Part shown: positions 15,901-30,900 of the stretch, in pieces
Numbering within the stretch: the stretch's first letter is position 1
How the letters are laid out: the number at the start of each line of letters is the position of its first letter
From: Tubiluchus corallicola
Lineage: Eukaryota; Animalia; Priapulida
Length of the DNA stretch: 64,000 nucleotides
Direction of reading: 5' to 3'
Assembly (NCBI GenBank): GCA_030141605.1
Contig: JAQGDQ010000007.1
Location: forward strand, 731,173-795,172
The notes under the pieces: generated by a model
Told to the model about the DNA's origin: nothing
The model's database searches: none
Seen by the model: only the letters and a program-made list of their open reading frames with translations
Position numbers and translations under genes: made by a program

Positions 15901-18900
15901 GACCGCGGTCATACGCATCACCTCTTTACCTAAACAATCAAACATTATGGAAACTGCAGATACTAAGAAAGAAAACGAAAATGTAGACACAGGATTTTAG
16001 ACATACTATCTTTAGCTGTGTTTCAAAACTTTGAACAAATCCGTTTTGAATATCAATTTTCAATTTTTCAAATTGCATTGATCATTAAGTTAAAAAACAG
16101 AATTACAGTAAACAACATATATAATTGAATTCTTAGTTATCTTGAGCAGATCTCGTGGAACGGGTCTTTCCCCATTCATTTTTCCCATTGATAAACAATG
16201 TATAACTGAAATTAGTAACTCGAATTTTTGCGTAACTTGAACCGAATTACCGGTACATTTCTTAAGAATCTGACTGAAATTACCTTGCCTATCTCGAACA
16301 GCTTCAAAAGCGAGAAATCCTACTTGAAATTGTGCACCAAATTATGATTTTAACTGCTAGTTTCAGCAAAAATGCTAAGATTTCTTATACAGCACTGGGC
16401 ACAACATGGCTTAGCGAAGATAGTTTAATGTAGATCACAATATTATTACTGCCGAATTCTATTAACCATGCTACTCAGACTATAATAGAGGTGAACAGTC
16501 ATTTTATTTTTCATTATCCATAAAAACTATTGTTTGATATTTGATTAAAGGATCAGTTTCTCATTTTCACAGGCTGTAGTGTATGTCCGATGTCGAGGAG
16601 CAATTCAATCTTTTTTTCTTATGAACATCGTTTAACTGTACTTTCACATAACTCGAACAAATTTCCTAGTCCTGAGGTGTTCGAGTTAGGTAGGACGTAG
16701 TTTACGTAGTAGGCAAATGACAATAACTTCTCAACTGTCCAAATCAAGCATACTTTTACTAAAGCAGCTACTATCTAACAAACCATGAAGTCCGAGAAGA
16801 AGAAAACAAGGGACAACTTTTTTATTACCTGGATCTTCATTTTCATCCACTGTTCCTTCAAAATTTCCTTCAAACACTGGATCATTGTCGTTAATGTCTG
16901 TGAGCTTGATCTTCACATCAGCGTAACCATAGTTACCGCGTCCTTTGTCATCTGTAGCGAGGGTGAGCAGCGTGTATACTTCCTGGCCAGCTGGTGGGTC
17001 TCTGTTCAGTGGCTTGTTCACATAGATCTGTCCAGTTTTGGCATTGATCGTGAAGATGCTGCCAGCACCCTGACCGCGAAGGGAATAACGAATATCATCG
17101 GGCGGAGCTCGGTCTTTATCAGTGGCACTTACCTGAAAGAAGAGAATTACTGATAAAGCTTAAAATTGTGTACCCTTTGCTTATGTTTTAAAAAAATACA
17201 AGCTCATGAAATTCGTATAATGCAAGATTAATGTTGGTGCTTTTGTTAATGCTTTATTTGTTTATTATTCTCACTCAACTATGTTACTGTAAACAAAAGT
17301 AAAGTTTGTTTATTTTTGTTTATCTTATTTAGTTTTCTATATCACCTTGAATGATATCTGCAGTACAAACAAGTTAAACTGACAAGTTATATGTTACTCC
17401 TGGCAGTTATACATGTATGTGTTTCATACATTACAACAATCTGCTTCAACTAAAATCAGTCAGTTCTCAAATATCTTTAAATTTTGCAAAATTTAAAGAA
17501 ATTCTCTTGCAGAAACATTATAGATAATCTCCATCATGATCATTTGTTTAGTTAGTGGTTAAGCAACACTAAGCATAGTTAGTAACCTCAAAAATCCTCA
17601 GAAAGGCCCTACAGATTCATTCATTAGACTCACATCTAGTATCCGCTTCGGCAGCTCATCAAGTGGCTGCTCCTCTGCGATGCTTGCTTCGTAATTAGAT
17701 GTTAGAAAGATAGGCCGGTTGTCATTGACGTCTCGCACGTAGATGCGCACCATGGTGTCATTCTCATTCTTGCCATCAGACGCAACAAGTGTCAGGTTGT
17801 AGACCTGGAATAAACAGTCCTAGAGGCTTACGGTCAGTCAACTCGCGAGCCAGCTAGTCTTGTTAGAAGCAAATAAATGCAAAGGCAGAAAAGAAAAAGT
17901 ATTCAATGTCATATGCAAGTCAGTAAATACCATACAGGGACAAAGTGGTGTTAGACATACTTATGACAAAACAGTTAATTATTGTAAATTAATTTCATAG
18001 CAGCACTTTCGATGCCAAAAAGTGTTAGTAAAAGTGCCTAGGACGGTGGTGGTGCCAGAAAACATAGGTTTAATACAGAACAACAACTCAAACGATTATT
18101 AATAGAAGTGACAAACTGACATAAATTAACCAAATTCTTTTGGGTAAAGCCAGAACTTGATATAGTTAAGAAGCAAGGCATGTAACTGCATTTCAAAAGG
18201 GCAAAAGTGTAGCAGACGCAAGCAAAAAATGTGAAATTTATTGAGTTCGCACAAATTACTGAGAGTATTGCACAGAGACCAATCCCTACAGCTGTCAAGA
18301 TTCTGCAAAATGATTTTAAATGAGAGCAAAACCTCCCAAGAGTGAAGAAAAAGTTTGTATCATCAGCTAGTGAAGTAGAAAGATAAAAGATTTTTAATCC
18401 ATTTTGCACCTAAACAACAAATGTTCTCTTATCTTTAGAAGACAATCACGCAGACACATATAATAAAAGTAAAGATGATATGCCATCAGACAAAAAGCTT
18501 CTACGGCTGTTAACAAACCATTTATAAAGGTAAAGTATATATATATATATAGTATATATAAGGTATATAGTAAAGCACATAACATTTGATCCCTGAAATA
18601 CATCTTATAGAGTTTTTAATCCTAAAAATCCACCTCAGACAGGAACTAGTTTTAAAACAGTATCACGATAGCCTGAAATAAATCAGAATCAGTCTTTTTT
18701 AATTTTTAGACCTTATATTTTTGCGCAGGATCTCTAAGCTATAAAAAGACTGAGTATGAGATAGCAACAGCAGATATAGCAGAGGTAAAAGTGATAGAAA
18801 AAGCAGAGAGAAAGCGAAACTCGCAGCAGCAAAGAGTTGATTGAAAGCAAAAACAGTCTGAGGAGCAATTTTAGTACTAAAAATTTAGTTGATGTAAGCT

Positions 18901-21900
18901 ATATTAGCGTATTTGAAGTTCTTTGAATCCGCACTCTTGAAGAAATGACCCACTCTATTCCAATAAAAAACACGTTTACAAAAACAAATTTCGATCACAT
19001 AAACGAGGTGAATTATACAGAATAATATACACATGCATTTAGTTCAAATAATTTCATTTCCTAACAAATCAGCCCGAGCTTTAAGCAATCAAATATTTTT
19101 GCCAGCAGGAAATAAACATTGCAAACTGCCTATAATTGAAAACAATGTTGTATTCTGGTAGCCAAACTTGTGCAGTAAAAGAAAGTATTAGGTAAAAAGT
19201 AAGGCAAAGCAGTTTGTCATAGTCGTACAACAGTTCAGTCATAGCATTGTTGCGTTTGATGCGTAAACGCCAAGAACGTAACAATGCCTTTAGCACATCA
19301 CTAACACATATAACTTCTCACTAAAATATGTTAGTAACTTGTTCGTAATCTTAATTTCAAGACTGCCAGTGAATGATGGAATAAACTCACAACTATTTGA
19401 TGCCAAGCTTGGCCAAAACAAATGAAAAAAGTGAGAACTGATCCTGAATTGATCCATTGGATTGGAAATGGGACACAAGATTTTAATTAAATGCTGATGA
19501 ACTTCAATTCCAAAATTGCATCCAGGATGAGTCTCAATTTTTTAACATTTTTCACATGGCAAAGTTTGGCTGTAAAATTCTCAATCGTGGGCTGATTTCA
19601 TCGCTGACAGTCACATACATAAAAGCAAACATTAGTAGCAATGCGCTTTTACTTGAAGGAGAAAAATTTCTGTGAAAGCAGCTTGCACATGTATTAAAAT
19701 TTGCAGAAATTTCGCAAAAATGGAACTCAGATTCAGAGCAACAGCTGAAATGCAAAGGCTGTAAAAAATGGAAATTTCTCTGTCCATTTCTAGCCTGTTG
19801 TTATCAACAAGCTGCAGCAGTCTTAATTACTAATCCCATTCTTCCAATTATTTGTAAATTCCTCAGAAACATACTTGGATATGTACTGGAGTTCATTAGG
19901 TGTTGTACAAGTAATTTTCTATACACTGTCACATATGTTATAATTCCAAGCGTTTCACTTAGCTTAAGGAACTATTACTTCAGTGTGCTATACTGTCATT
20001 AAGACTCGTTATAATTCACAAAAAAATCTTCCTTACCTGGGCAAAAGTTTTTCCATTCATCTATTTAATTAACCTGTAATGAGCTCAAGGAATAGCAAAT
20101 GTATAAAAAGCAATCAGAAAGGAGGGACCTTAAAGGTTTTGCATTTTCTGACAATCTTCAGAAAGCAGGACAGATCTAATTAAATGATTGTGGAGAAGTC
20201 AGAACCTAGCTAATTATGTTGTTTATTAAATTGCAGAGACATTTGCCTTTTCAGATTGCATGCATCGACTTTAGGCAATTCTTGGAAGAGTAATGATTTG
20301 CACGGGAATTATAATTGAAGACAACCATTTTAATAGCAATAAAGCATAAAACAAATTAAATTTTCATCACTGCCAAAACTAGCAATTGAATAATAAAACA
20401 TTTTCAGAAAAACAGAAATTGTGTATTTTTTATAAACATATTTCATTTATTATAAATTGGCTATTATCGCTGCATGTAGCTGTGAGTGTTATTAAACATA
20501 ATTGCGTATACTTTCTGTTTAGCATTTTTATGATGTTTTTTTGTGTTTACTTAAGTTTACAGAATTAAAATATAATATTAATAATGTCAAATTTCTTGAG
20601 TAAGGTTGTCCCTTATGACCAAGACAATTGTTTTCATGTTGTAAATGAGAAATGTAATCTGACACAAGAACAAGGTAAGAAAATGAGTGCTAATGTTATT
20701 ATTGTAGGACACTGCTGTGTATGGTTGCCATAGTAACATATATTATTAATCACTGGGACATAATGCAAATGTTCAGCTTGCCAGCACTTAACACCGCAAA
20801 TGGAAGCCAAATGATTCGCGTAAATGGACTAGCGATACTCACTTGTATGCCCTCGTCATAGTCGAGTTCTCCCTGCACCCGAATCTCTCCGGTTTCATTG
20901 TTGACATCAAAAACGCCACCAACATTTCCTGTGGTCAACTGATAACGCATGTTTGTAACTACAAGAAAAAAACGTCATTAATACTCCTGTAAAACAAACT
21001 AATGCGTCACACTTTTTCAATGGCACAGATACTGAAGTAAAGCGCAAACAATGGCAGCAGACAAAAATGGGAAGTTAATTATAGTAGTCATGAAGAGGAA
21101 TCAACTACAGACGATTTCTGCAACTTGCTAAAAATCATTCTGAAATGAGTAAAAAACTACAGACTAAACCTCATTTCTACAGTGATTACAAAATCTTTTA
21201 ACTGAATGACAGATTCTGTTGTAGCTTTTTTTAAAGATGTGTTCCAAATTCCAAAGGAAAGTTAAGATTGCAATGTAAGAAACATTAGCTTTGAAACAAA
21301 GATTCCAATTTCTACTGATTTGGCATCTTACGCTTCTCAGTCAGAATATTATTTAAACAAGCCTTGCAAGAGGTGTTTATTGAAATAACCGGCATATTAC
21401 TTTATGTGCCATTTTGTGATTTCAAAATAATTAGTCTAGCTTAGAGTGCCCCAACTAGTTAATTTCCCAAAGTTTTTCTTGCAAAAATGGCAGAAAAGCT
21501 CTGCAAGTCTACATACACCTGTGTTACTAGGGCCACTAAAGCAACACTGCACAGTATAAACCTTTCTCACAGACAGTAGATACACAGTTATACATACACA
21601 GTTATAGAATACTGCATCATAAACAATGTGAAAATTTTTTAAAATGAGCAGACCTTTAAAAAATTGTAGACCTGTTTTATAGCACATTTAATGATAATAA
21701 TTGTTGATTTATGCACTTTATAAATAAATTATCATTAAATAAGTTATCATTAAGTGGGAACGATCGCCAAAAATATCAAAGAAAATAACTCAAGCACAAC
21801 CAATCTGCAACTGTCAATAACTTCAAGTTTCCTCGAAAAAGACGTAGTTAGACATGAAGCTTATTTTCCAGTGCTGTTTCATAATACCGTAGGTTGCAGA

Positions 21901-24900
21901 TAGTTGTTAACAAATTGTAACAAACAATCACTGATATCAAATGCCACCCCAGGCACACATTAGTATGAACAACATTTTCAAATCTCAGTAATAGAATATT
22001 CCCAAATGGGATTTTCGATAACTGTTATTTTATCGCTCTTCTAAAAGTGCCTGTTGGTATTTCATCTGACTTACATGCAGCTTACACAGTACATTCTTTT
22101 CCTATTCTGACTGAAATTTTGCACAAATTCCTACCGACAAAAATTACTTTCTAGGGGCCAAGTCAAGTGTCTCCTGTGTGATAATCACAGGAGACCTTAT
22201 AAATCGTGAAAGCGAAAGGCAGAAACTAAACTAAATTTTATTGGCATAGGTAAACAATAATTATTAAGAAATGTGTGCTTAGCAGAAAGTTTGCTCAGAA
22301 GTTTCAAGTTTATGGGGTCTGACTCCATATGTCTGATTACCCCATTTAAAAAAAAAACTTAACAAATTTTTGCCATTGTTTGTGCTTTGCTTTGCACAAC
22401 AACTAAATTATGTTCGCTAATCTGTTATTAATCAAACTAGCGTTTATATTCTAATAATGTAGCGAAAGATGTTTGGAAATTTCTAGCAAATATTACTCGA
22501 CCCATTGTAAAATAGTGTTGTCACTGCAAATAAATTTTAAATATTCTCCTTTTAAGTTTCACTTTTGAAACTTAATTCTGATCAATCAATTTTGAAAAGT
22601 ATTTCAATGAATTTTAAAAAAAAATAATCAGTTTTGCAATATGCAAGAACTATGGTTTACCAACCGTTACATTAATAATGGAATTTGCCTTTATGCACCA
22701 CATCTATATGAAAGAATCTAAGATTCGTTGCACACCACAATCAAACAATAGTTTCAATGATTCTGCCACGTCTGTTCAACTGAGTTTATTCTACGGTGTC
22801 TAACGTTGAACAGAATTAAGTTTAGAATTCAAATTTTTTTTATTATAATGAATCAGATATCAGCTACAAATGCTTCTAGTCTGCAAAAAAAAACTCAAAA
22901 TGCCATGTAAGTTTTTCCAAGTGCTTTGAAGTCGATTGATTGAGACGGAGTTCAAAATCATGAAAAGCAGTAAGAGTAGATGCATATAATTTTTTCAGGT
23001 TCATGTTTTTTTCAGGTATGTATTGTTAACAGTTTAGGTGGCAATGATGAATATTGCTTACGTTCACAATGGGCTAACCAAGTGCAAATATACATGCAAA
23101 AACTTGGGCGAAAATGTGAAATTTAACTGGAGACTTGCCAGTCACATGAGAGAATCTTGTGTCCTGATAAATTTTCTTATGAAAGTTTCTAAAGAAGATA
23201 CCGCAGATTAAACTGAAGCTAGAAAGTATGATGACATAATCATTGAAACGCAGCAAATCTACTTAATGTGAATATTAAGTCAACAAACTAAATGCGTTCA
23301 CTAGCGCAAGTGCATGTCTATAGAATAAAATTTTAAAATACTAAGTCTACCAGAGTTAAAGACAAAAGTTGGACCTTTGTGTTGCCATCTGCCAAAACTT
23401 CATTATCAAAATTTGCAGTTTTTAAATTCTGGTAACCCTGGCAAGACTATTTTCTGAGTTATTCCACTATAAGCAAACAATGCGTTTCGAAATATTGCTT
23501 GTGCAGTATAGTGCTGGGTGTATGCGGGGCACACGTTCATGCAGTTCAACACCGTGTTCATGCGTCGCCCCAACTTGCACCCATGTTCAATAAACGACAG
23601 GAGATGGAAAAAGCCGTGAGCAGCGAGATTAGAAACAAATATGTCATCACATACGAACATGCCGCAAGACACGTAACATAAAGTAAATGTAATAATATAA
23701 TAATAATAATAATGTAAATATAATGTAAATATAAAGATAAATAGATAAAAACATGTAAAATAACTAATCGTACTGCAGCAGCGTGATCGGCATGATGCAG
23801 CCGCGATGCTAAATCAATTAGAACAATGATTAAAAAGTTCGTAAAGTCAAACAACTCGATCAATCAATCAACAAACAATCATAGTAAAAAATTCGTAAGA
23901 GATTCGTCTAAAAAAGTAGCAACTCACGGCAGTGACCACTTTCCGAATTGCACACGTCCATCCCTAACCCCAAAAAGAAAACCAAACAGTGGATTGTACA
24001 GATGCGAACTAACACAACTCCTCATATGTAAACACAACACTGTGCAAGCCGTACCAGTACGGTACCACTGTTTAGTGAGCGACATAGTGACACATGTTAC
24101 ACAATTTACAACAGTGATCTTAGTACCTTAATATTAGTTTTAGTAGTAGGTCACTCACTACCTAAACTGTGCTTACACAAAAAAGATAATTAAACGGGTG
24201 CGAAAATATAGTCAACAGAACTTTTGGCATGAAATTGTCTTCTACCAATTGATAGCATGCCTATTAATTAATTATGAACAAATAAAATGCAATAAAGAGC
24301 ACACGTAGCGATCTATATCAAAACCCCTTGGCATTAAGTGAAATACAAATTCGCATCGCGGAATTGGTGGTGATGACAGCAGTATCGTTACTATTGTGTT
24401 AGTCTTGTCTAGAGATGCTGCAGTTTTGTCGTCTTAGGTTTGAATGTTGTTGCTTTAGCTTATCTTGGTGTTTATTTTGGGCTTGGATGCAGCTGTCTTG
24501 ACTTTGTCTTTGTTTTGAAGATTATCATCTTGTTTTGAACATTGTGGTCTAAGTTTTATCTTGATTAACAAAGTCTTGTCTGGTTATAAACATAGTGGTC
24601 TTGGCTCCATCTTGATTTATTATGACTTCGAATGTTATCATATTGCTTTTCTTTTGGCTTATAATGTTGTCACCTTGGCTTTATGTTGGTTATGAACAGT
24701 ATCGTCTTAGTTGTGTGTTTATTTACAATGTTGTCACCTCGACTTTATCTTGTTTTTTTTTGGCTTTGAATGCTGTTGTCTTGATTTTGTCCTGGCTTTG
24801 ATAAAATATCTTTTTGGGCACGTCTGCTGTTAATTCATGCAGTGACCAAAACTGTCTCGCAGAAATCGACTTTATCTTGTTTTTTTTTGGTTTCGAATGC

Positions 24901-27900
24901 TGTTGTCTTGATTTTGATTTTGTGCTGCATTTGATTTTTAAATAGTTCATCGCTACTGAATTTATATTAAATGATAACCACTAATAATTTAATGTGTAAG
25001 CACAATTCTGGCTCAGCACTCAGTATTATAAATTATGAAGTTGTTAAATGTACAAAACCTCTGCAATAACCATGCTGCAAACGTATTACAGGTGGGTCCC
25101 AAACAGTGTGCATTGTATCTTATCATTATCATCTAGCAAGTGTTATGCCCCAATTAAATGATGCACACATCCAGCTACAGACTGCCACAATGATAAAACA
25201 TTTCTTGTCAACTTTACCACTCAAAGGTGACAGAAGTTTGAGACCCACCATCCTGTACTCACTCCATCAGCAAACATGATGCAACAGAGAGAGAGACGAC
25301 TGCTAGTTCCACAGATAACAATTCTGCGCTGACAGAAGAGTTCTAGAGATAACGGTGCACAACATGCCGCATGCACACGGCCCCCGCTAAGCACACCGGG
25401 CCACGCTCCTCGGAGGAGCTATCATCTCAAGAAGCATGTCTGCTAAGGCACAGTTTCCCTTCACAACATTATTGAACATGATGCAAACATCAGTGCAAAC
25501 CATGCAGTTTTATCGGCTCAAGATCTGATACAGTGGCTACTAGGGTTTAGACTGAAACCGTAATTGCATCTACAGGGAAGAGTAAGCTCACCTATTCAGG
25601 ACTATACATAACAATCAAATATGACGGTCAGATTGCATTGAGAAAAGAAGCCTATAGAGTTTACACTTCAACTTATACACTACAAACTCTACAGAATTAC
25701 AAATAAAAATTGCGCTTCATTATCAAATCTCTAACCACATGTTAAGAAGTCGGCAATATATTGTTGACATGAGATGCCTGTACCGATGAACACCTATACC
25801 ACTATCCACAAAGCACATCAAGAAAAAATCATACAGACTCGTCATAATGCTTGAAATGCTCACAATCATTTATGGGTATCTAATTTTATGATTATGCACT
25901 GTGAGAATGTTTACGCTGTGAACTTGAGATATATCCAATACAGAGAATCACAATTCACACAGCATTCCTAATACAGCACTATGAACTAATATAAAGGAAC
26001 AGCTATGATTTACTAAAGCCACTTTGACGTATTTGTATTATCTGTGAACTACGTAACGGGTTTTTGGGGTATAGATACGTAACCACTGTTTTTGATCTCT
26101 GGCCACGAGCTCGATCAGCATTCTTGTGCAGCACACTTTACAGCAAACAACAAATACGTGATAAGCAAGAGTGGAAATCTTGGCTTACCTTCGTCGTTGT
26201 CTTTGGCCGTTACCTCGATGACCACTGTTCCCTTCTCTGCATCCTCGTTTACTTCTGCTTCGTACAGTCTCTTATCAAAGTACGGGACGTTGTCGTTAAC
26301 GTCCTCTACTTTAACTCGTACATATGCACCACCTGCAAAGTAACAAACTGATTGCACATCGCACATATACTTACACCTTAATGCATTTTGGAATCCTGAG
26401 AACACAAACATGATAATATCTTCAAATGTATATATCGGGTGGCACAGAAAAATGTGCGGAAGTTTACAGTACAATAGTTTGAGAAGCAAGGATATTTCTC
26501 CACTCTTCATTTCAACTTCAAAATTTTGTTTTTTTTATAATTTGCTGTCGCATGCCGATTTCCTAGCTTGCGCAGATAAACAAGTAAGTGTAATTATTTG
26601 TAAACTGTAAGCAAGAAACTGTAACAACAGTGCGCTGTATTTACCAGACTTGCCAGTTCTTATGCATTAGGTGTGTGTCACACTCATTTTAAGTCTTTTA
26701 CACTCGCACACGCATCAAATTTCAGTTCTCACGCATTCCATAACTTCACATACAAGCTTGCAAATCTACTAGCTTGAATGGCTAACTTTGCCACTAGCAC
26801 CCAGCACAACAGAATTAGCATAATACTATTGTCAATAATACAGTAGCGTTCATGAGTATCTCGATGTATATAACACTGAAGGATATTACAATTATTGAAA
26901 ATTAAGCACTATTGGGTGCTATTAAGCTTTTTTATGGGGGTAAAAAAGAATTTATTTATATATAAAGCATGAAAGCATGGTAAACTCCAATAACAGCATA
27001 CGAATGCTGCTGACTGGTACCCAAAAATTATGTTAATTTTTTATTTTCTGCCTCAATTTTTTGATAATTTGATTTTGATACACAAAAAGCAGAAATTGCT
27101 GGGGCATAATCTGCCCTCCTACCAATGGTGAAATGAGCCCTGGGCCTTCTATGTTTTACACTCATTTTTACTACAAATGGTTAGCAGCTCTGCTTCTCTA
27201 TATGTTTTTTTAAACTGAATGTAATACTTAAAATGTAATATTCTGTATATTTTACCTTGTAAAGATTAATAAGCATTTAGTGAAACATTAAACAAATTAG
27301 TGCAATTAATCAATTTTCTCTCTGTCATCCAATTATTAACAATGCCGTTTGTTCGGTTAAGATGTTACTATCTGTTTTGCACATCACCATATGCATAGTA
27401 TGATAAACTTATTACTCATATCACCAACAAATTACGAGCATTGTGCCTACCTTCATTAGGTTCACCAGGAGGGCGATTTGGCCAAGTAGAGGGTGCTCCA
27501 TCCTTTGCAATTACCCGAATCAAGTATAGCTGTTTCTTCTCCCGGTCAAACATGGATGCCGTGCGCACCACCCCGGTGTCCGGGTCAATGCTGAAAGCCT
27601 TCCATTCATGATTGGTCGAATCTTTCTTGATCTCGTAAGTAAGCTAAAACAAAGCAATGTACAGTGAGCACTGTAAGATACATGTGCAGAAAACAATGCT
27701 CGATTGAGACTACTACATTTCAATACTAAACCCCAAAAGATAAACATGATTTTATCGACACATCAAACTCTTACATAGCTACAAAAGATGGCAATCGCTC
27801 ATTGCTGAATTATTATATAAACGTATCACAACTGCTGCCTATTACAGTGCCACCTGTTGAAAAAAATATGCATAGTTTTCTGTTGAGGCTGGCAGTACAG

Positions 27901-30900
27901 AATGATACAAAAAATACCATACTTCGTAAATTTACGTACCATACCTACAAAACTGAATCACACCGTATGGTACGATGACATGCTGCACCATTTCGTACTA
28001 AGTGCACAAAGGATCTACTACATTAGTTGTAAAAACGACTAATTTATCAATTTTATTATGACTTTATGCATAATATAAAAACAGAATATACTGCTATTCA
28101 AATTTCCATATTATTTATTTTAGGTTACAAAGACTACATATCTTTGGTTACAAAGAATAATTATGCACGAGATATAAATTTATTTTGAGCTAGTTTTACT
28201 TAGTTAATAATAAAGTGGCAGACACGATGAGTTAGGACTATTAACGAGTTTTGATTGTTGTCTTAAATTACGTGCTCAAAAATGAAAAATTAAATTGTAA
28301 CATATTTGTATACACAAAAATAATTATAGCTTTTATAAGAACAATAAGTCTACCGTGAGTAAAACAAGCCATCACACTGAGTTGCTGACCAACAAACCAT
28401 TATAAGTTGAGTAAATGGTACGGAAAAGGTAAGATAAAGGCCACGGAAAAAATACAGTAATTCCGCACCACACTCTTTTAAGAATTTTTTCGTACTGTAC
28501 TACAATGCCATACCGTATCGTACTGTACTGCCACCCTTGGTTACTGTCACTTAAATAGTGGCAAACTACTACCTTTTAAGACATCACAATGTTTGTGTAG
28601 TGTGATTAAGTATTTGAAACATTTCAGAGTAGCTGTCAGATCACTGTTACTCAGCATAAAATCACAGTATTAGCTACTTAGCTACAGAAACTCAGCATGT
28701 ACTTACTTTGCTATTTGGACCAACGCTGTCGAGATCTTCAGCCTTGACTTGTATTACAGATGTCCCGATTGGTGAGTCCTCGGGTACGCTAGCTGGATAT
28801 GGATCGAGGGTAAACTGCGGCGCGTTGTCGTTTTCATCTTTTAGATTGATGATCAGATATGTGACATTAGACAACTGTACTGGTGCATTATTCTAAACGT
28901 TAAACAGACATGTGAACCAAATAATTTAATAACATAGTCACATAAATTGTTTAACACTATAATCAACACCTAAAAAGAAACAGTTGTGAACTATGCAATA
29001 TGACTGTTAAATTATACTTCAATTACGTACAGTCGCATACATTTATAACATAAACAAAAGTAATTGGTATTCAACAACTCCCTTATGGTAGGCACTTAAC
29101 AGTGATAAATAAGTAAGCACAAATGTTTTCCCCAGTTCTTTTGTTGAAATCTTGTTTAGCAATTCGATAAAATTTACTTTCACCAAAATGGTTAAGTAAT
29201 TAATATACCTTAGCCCGGAGTGTGAGGTTGTACGTTGGCGTTTTCTCGTAATCTAGCGGTCTTTGCACGACAATGTTCGCTACATTTTCATTTTGAAAGT
29301 CTGGTTGAATGCCAAAATCATGATTCGAATTCTTATCCCTAAACGTAACAGAAAAATTATGATACACATACTTTTTGAGTGGCCTTTAAACTTTAAATTT
29401 AGATAATACCTAACAAACAGTCACATAATCGGAAATGCTTTCAACAAAACTCAAGTTTGTAGAAAAAAATAAAAACGAAAAAAGAAACATTGAAATAAAA
29501 TCAAATTTCTGGCGCACATAAGTTTATGTGCATACAAGATTGCTGTTAGTATTAGAAGAAAAAACACTGTTTTCAGCTTTGTTCTAATGAAAATTGTTAC
29601 ATCAAAACTTAGTAATTACTAGAATACATACCCTGTGCTGCCTGGGACAATATCATACAGCACACGTTTATCATTAAAGTAATCCGAAAAAGCTTCTACC
29701 CTTGCAATAATGCTGCCGATAGGCTTGTTCTCTGAAATAGGTACAGGCGGATAGGGGGTGCCGATCCACTGAGGTGGGGAGCTACCCGTCCTGTCCGTAA
29801 TCACAATTCTAATGTTAGCAGTACTGGAACGAGGAGGCACACCCTTGTCAGTTGCTACAGCCTGGGCAGCTACCTCAGTCACCTGTACATACAAAATTAA
29901 ATTTCAAATTTTAGTTGAACGATGAACAACGCTAGTGTTAAAAAAACCATGCTGTATAGTATATTCAAAATGATACATTTTTAAACCATGTCATATCAGT
30001 GCGATGTCTAAAATCCCTCATCTGGCAAAACTCTCACAGCCACTGATAGCCAATTAGTATAATTACAAGCTTAGGAATACTAACAAAGTTTGCAAAATGT
30101 TTTTATTACAAAAATGCATTGTGTCATCCAAAAATTTGACAGTTCTAAACCTGAAAAATAAATATTTATTTCAGAAAACGAAAAGTCTCACCTGTTTTTA
30201 TTAACTAAAGGAATATTAGTTGATATAAAACAGTGTTTAGCTTTCAAGTGTACAAGTGTACACTAAAAGTCACAATTTCCCCCAGTCTCTTACATGAAAA
30301 AGATGTTCACTCAGCATCACTTTTACGACAGGTAATATTACGATGAAGTATTGGGTATTAAATGAAGGTGTACCTCAAATAAATCAAAATAAATATCAAA
30401 TAACTTCTATGTTAATTAAGAACTTTTGTACAGTTATCGATCTCTGGATTTGAACCTGGAATACACGAGTTATAATTCCCAGACAAAAACGACAAAGATA
30501 CATGCACATTCAAATCGCTGCTTACATACCATGGTCAATGGTCGCTTGACAAACACCCATCCTGTCTGCTTGTTGATGTCGAAAAACCCAGTATTATCAT
30601 TTAACGAGTACTCGATCTCCGCGTTCTGGCCAACGTCCGCATCCTGAGCGGCGACACGCAAAAAGCTGCGACCAGTCTCTGCACGCTCTGGGACAGACAC
30701 ATCATATTCCGTAGAGGAAAACTTCGGTTCATTATCATTCTCATCTGGAATATTAATCAAATCAGTTTGTTGCTATAAATGAATTAATAAATATTTATCA
30801 ATTTTGATGAAAAGAGTAACAGCATACTGATCTTATGAAGGAATTTATTCATTATTCATTGAAAACGGTTTTCTGGATAGGGTAACTTCTATTATAATAG

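Noticed and set aside
9455-17153. Plus-strand ORFs overlapping exons (e.g. 9531, 10477, 12278, 14821, 16785)
   Set aside because: They are antisense shadows of cadherin exons with no independent protein signature.
25592-25601. 10-nt microexon
   Set aside because: It shifts the frame, and pairing it with the 80-nt segment at 25263-25342 still gives an in-frame stop.
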